DNA of 64,000 bases, taken from contig CAVNZM010000011.1 in NCBI GenBank assembly GCA_963693365.1, forward strand, positions 9,082,664 to 9,146,663. Direction: 5' to 3'. Shown in pieces: positions 59,645 to 64,000 of this stretch; position 1 is the first letter of the stretch; every line of letters starts with the position of its first letter. The DNA is from Amoebidium appalachense (lineage: Eukaryota; Protista; Ichthyosporea). The notes beneath the pieces are model-generated. The model was given only the letters and a program-made list of their open reading frames with translations, was not told where the DNA came from and did not search any database. The position numbers were made by a program, and so were the translations under genes.

Positions 59645-59708
59645 GTGTGGTGCATGGTGTGTGTGTGTACCTGTGCGCGCGCGCGTGTGTGTACACCTGT
59701 GTATAATA

Positions 59709-59773
<65 letters not shown>

Positions 59774-60253
59774 TGTGTACATGTGTGTGTGTGTGGACCG
59801 GTGTGTGGGTGTGTGTGTGTGAGCGCCCGGCGTGCGCGCAAGGGGGGAGGGGGGGGGGGGGGGGGGGAGGGGGGGTACTATGATACAAGATCTACATGTA
59901 CACATGCGTGCACGTGTTTAGCCAGGTCCTCCCGTATATTATGCATATATGCTGGCCCCTCAGGCCCACCCCCCCTCCACCCCCCTCTTTAATAGCTTCA
60001 TGTTCATTTACCGCTTCATTGCTGCCGGTACCTAATTAAAATTAACAGGTACTACATGATGTGATAGAAAACGTTTTTGCAAGCCCGTCCCTAACTTCGA
60101 ACGTTCTCATTACGTTAGTAAGCTTGCCTCGAATCCTGAATGTTATCACGCGTATTGAACTTGAACGAACTTCCGTTGAAAGCCATGATCAACACTAAAG
60201 AAGTTGAGTTTGAGTCGAACCACAAAAAGCCACAAAAAAAAAAAAAAAAAAAA

Positions 60254-60294
<41 letters not shown>

Positions 60295-61010
60295 CTGCAA
60301 TCATACGTAATACAATTATACCCATCATATTTTGAGACCCTACCTCGAAGCTTTGCTCCATGAATTCTTCATAGCCGAAACACTGCACATCGAGCATCTT
60401 AACGGTTGGCTTTGCCTCAAGACCGCGAAAATCGGGGATACGCCCATAGTCACCCGCAGCCACATCTCTTCCAACACCGGACGATTGTCCCAAAGAAAGG
60501 AGAAAAGTCCATCTTCTACCGATTTATCAACATCCTGGATCCACGACTCGATATCGAATTGCGTTATTTTCTGTCCGACACTTGAAAGCACGGAGCGCAG
60601 AAACGCCGACGTGAACTCCCAATCCTCCTCCGACTCGTCGCCCACCAACAACATTACTTTGTTAACCCCTGGAAGAACCAATAGATCGCGGCTCAGTTGC
60701 ATTGCCTTCCCCTTTTCTCTTCGCTCGCAATTTCTCGAAAAGCCCTAAAGCCCGTTATAGAGATGGTACTGATTGCCGCGTGCCACACTCTCACTTTGTT
60801 CATGTTGCAGATCTGATGTTCAAAACCCGAACCACTCTTTGACCTTCTGAAAAGCGGGAGTGTAATGGTGCCGGCAAGTGGGGACCGTGCCAGCTCAGCA
60901 AAGCAACGACACACGAGGGAGAAGAACTTTCGGTCATCGAGCGGCAAACGACGCAGAATTTGGAACATCAACTCCGGAGGCAGGCAGGATAGAGGGCCAT
61001 CCGTGCACAC
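59449..61010 (-). pseudogene. F-box protein gene with several frame disruptions
   Basis: PLSCLPPELMFQILRRLPLDDRKFFSLVCRCFAELAR is an F-box. Coding-like sequence continues in shifted frames (60340-60702, then to a donor at ~60343) with further possible exons to ~59449; in-frame stop just upstream of the F-box. Confidence 0.65.
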
Positions 61011-61298
61011 AAAGTCAAATTAGGCCGGTGAAATGCACACCGTGTGGATGGGCTGGACTCATACGTGCCAGGTGATACGAAGCAGCTAGTAGAGAGAGTG
61101 CGGGGGGGGGGGGGGGGAGGGGGGGGGGGAGGGGGGGGTAGTTGGGGGGGGGGGGGGGGGGGGGGGGGGAGGGGTGGGTAGGTTGTCATCTTTCCGATAA
61201 ACTAGATATGAATGTGTAACCTGGTATGCACGAGAGTGACGTATGTATGAAAACGACCTCATAATAAGCGGGAATGTCAAAAAAAAATAATAAAAAAT

Positions 61299-61339
<41 letters not shown>

Positions 61340-62910
61340 GAAAAGAAGAAAGAATGTGAAGCACTTGGCAGCCTTGGTAAACATATGGTTTACGTGGCAG
61401 CCAGTGGCAAGGAAGGAGAGGGGGTCGTGAACAAAAATCCAATCACAGTGACCTCCAGCATTTAGACGTTCTCATGCAAAACTCCTTCATGCATATGCGT
61501 ACATACATGTCATGTTCACCACTAATCTCACCAAGCGAGGTGAACATCCATGCCTAAAACAAGAAAAAACATACCTTGGGTGTTGGCACAGGGGAATTGC
61601 TGTTGCTCCCTCCACTTATAAAGTTGCGGTACGAGGCCGTGAAACGCGAATTGGTGGTGCTCACTTTTTTGGGCGCTACAACACTACAAGTCGGCATGTT
61701 GGCGTACATGCCGGCCTGTATGGTGATAGGTCGCTTGGAAGTTTTCTACGCGCGAACGGCGGTGCTGTAGTATACGATATGTCGTAGTGAACGAACTGCC
61801 AGAAGAGAAAGTGAAGTGAATTGTCAAACTCGAAATGTTTTATACCCACCGGTGGCCGCTGCTACCGTAGCAGCCCTGCTAGCTGCGCAAAATGGGTTTA
61901 CGTGTTCCAACCATGGAGGCAGCTAGGAGACTATTTACGTGGTCCACTGGTCTTTCCCATTGGCAACTCATCGCAACCATCACACGCCCTTCAATGAATT
62001 GAGCTATTGCCCCGACAGGAACCTAGACTAGCACCACTGCTCAAAATGAGTAAACTTTCTTGCAGTTTATATATATGGTATCGTAACCATAGCATTCGTC
62101 GTTTCTAAAGCTTTATACTACACTGATGTCAGCAAGCTTTTTCTCTGGCACGTACTGACTGTGCCCTCTAGCCGATGTACGATAGAATCGACGCCGGCCA
62201 AATGCGACCGTTGAAAACGTTGTTAACAACAGCGGGCCCCACGCCATGGGATACAGCAAAACCAGAGACACGAACCCCTTGCCGCGCATAACGCAGAGAA
62301 GTGCCATGATCAAAGAAATCGCCATGATTGTGCACATGTTTTTTGAGAGGGCACAATCCAACCCCGATTTCGATGACATTTCCTCGCCACCCAATGCACA
62401 CCAACGTCATTATCACAACACTGCTGCTACTTCGGTAACGTTGATACGTTTTGCATTACTTCGCTTGACTCATCAAGCTCTATTTAGAGATGTATTTAGG
62501 CCAACTGATTGCCGTTAGAATAGTGTTCCAACAATCAGTGGCCACTAGGAAGCTGACTATGGTATATAGGCGGCGTCGACTCGTTCTACTCGTCTTATCT
62601 TTGTTTCCCCGTCGGCCCCTGCTTAGCTGTAGAGGGCCGACAGACGGCAGGAGGCTCGGCTTAGCTCGGTAGGGCGGCGTGGCGCCCGGGTAGCAGTCGT
62701 TGAGCGTAATTAGCAGTGGTGGGTAAATCTAAATAGATAGCTATTTGCGTAGGGGTGAGCTGCACCCACGGCCTGAGGGCAACTCAGGCTGGGCTGCGGC
62801 CCTTTCTAGTTAGGTTCTACGAGCGCGCGTAGTGCTGTACTACGAAAACTGTTTGCGAGCGCGCGTAGTGCTGCAGATAGGTGTAGTGTCTCAATTTTTT
62901 CGAAGGCAGG

Positions 62911-64000
62911 ATGGGAGATGCAAGTGATGCATCCCAACTACCATTGTATCAGACTCTGAGAGTTCGTGCTTGTGTAGATGAGTGGGAGCGTGGGCCCGGG
63001 GTGCGTCTAAAGAAGTTTTGTTCAATCTGGATTAAGTATGGCATCACACCAGAATGGAAGAGTGCGCGTCCTGCCCCTTTTGATGCAGGTGGCTATCTGG
63101 ATATCGGCGAAGTTTCAGAGGCAGAAGCGGTGGTGGAGGTTGAACGGTTAGTGACTAAACGGGCCCTCGAGACAGTGCCTGAAAGCGCAAAATGGTGTGT
63201 TTCGAAGTCTTTTGGGCTGCGAAAGCCCAACGGAAACGTCCGGCTCATGATTGATATGCGTCCTGTGAATGAATACGCCGTCGAACGTGGTGTCAAGTAC
63301 GAAAGCCTCAGCGACTTGTGGGCGCTCGCGCAGCCGGGTGACCACGCTTTCAGTTTCGACCTCGAAGACCGATATTTTGCACTAGCCATTCAACCCCGGT
63401 TCCGCAAGTATTTCCAAATTCGTGTAGGGGGACAACTCTACCAGTACACAGTGCTTCCCTTCGGTTACTCCCTCAGTCCCTACTTTTTCATGCGCCTTAT
63501 GCGCGAGTTCGCGCGTCGGTTACGTGCACGCGGCATCCATTCGTTGGTTTTCCTCGATGACTGGGCCATCTTCGAACAGACGGCACGGGCACTCGACACA
63601 CGCGGGGTGGTGGAGCAGGAATTGAAAGTCACCGGCCTTAAGAAGCATCCGAATAAGGGTCATTGGGACCCAGTGAGTGCCCTCGACCATTTGGGCATCC
63701 ATATAAATTTGGAGGAAGGGTATTTGTCTCCCACAGTGGCGTCTTTGGAAAAATTATCGGGGGAAACACGTTCTTTTATGGCTAAGGCGCACAAAGGACG
63801 GCGGTGGGTGGAAAAGAAGCAGGTGGCTAGATGGCTAGGGTTGGTTGTTAGTTTGCGTGCGGCGGTGCCTCATGTACTCATGGTTGTCCGGCCGGTGTAT
63901 GGTGCTCTACGCGGCGGGAACTGGCGTAGCTTTGTGCTGTTAACGGGTCGGCAGCTACGCATTATCGGTAAAACCATGGGTATAATAGGTCGGCTTCCCC
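62911..64000 (+). mobile_element. DIRS-type (tyrosine-recombinase retrotransposon) reverse transcriptase ORF, cut by the window edge
   Basis: Open from ATG 62911 (MGDASDASQL...) to the window end, so absent from the ORF track. Motifs KPNGNVRLMIDMRPVN, KYESLSDL, FSFDLEDRYF, FRKYF, YQYTVLPFGYSLSPYFF, LVFLDDW, LDHLG. Confidence 0.88.

Noticed and set aside
61500-62520. Short ORFs (91 and 90 aa) between the F-box and the DIRS RT
   Set aside because: No recognisable motifs or consistent exon structure; cannot be supported as genes or as gag.

Overview
Intron-rich eukaryotic genomic DNA. Introns are packed with (CA)n/(GT)n, (GA)n and poly-C/poly-G tracts, so most ORFs in the supplied track (poly-HT, poly-CV, poly-P/G) are microsatellite artefacts. 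Reading GT-AG exons by hand gives: (1) a ~25-exon minus-strand gene (4911-26480) encoding a TMEM181/Wntless-like multi-pass membrane domain fused to a class 3 lipase; (2) a divergent, apparently intronless MYND-finger gene; (3) an orphan ISWI SLIDE-like exon; (4) a minus-strand low-complexity protein with DPF/DPW motifs and a proline-rich tail; (5) a divergent 14-exon DUF2433-like (metallophosphoesterase-fold) gene ending in a CCCH finger; (6) a non-LTR retrotransposon with an uninterrupted APE-RT ORF2 ending in (CA)n; (7) a disrupted F-box gene; (8) a DIRS-type RT ORF running off the right edge. Non-coding highlights: two related ~150-400 bp dispersed repeat families (about 18 copies). Wherever the host strand can be assigned they lie sense to it, they share a 3' end abutting poly-C, are variably 5'-truncated, and show apparently covarying stems and hammerhead-like core words. 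Several tandem arrays copy splice junctions, and there are two MITE-like elements. Family assignments come from remembered motifs, not database searches. Several single-base frameshifts fall in homopolymers and are probably assembly errors. A unicellular opisthokont (e.g. ichthyosporean-like) source is only an inference.
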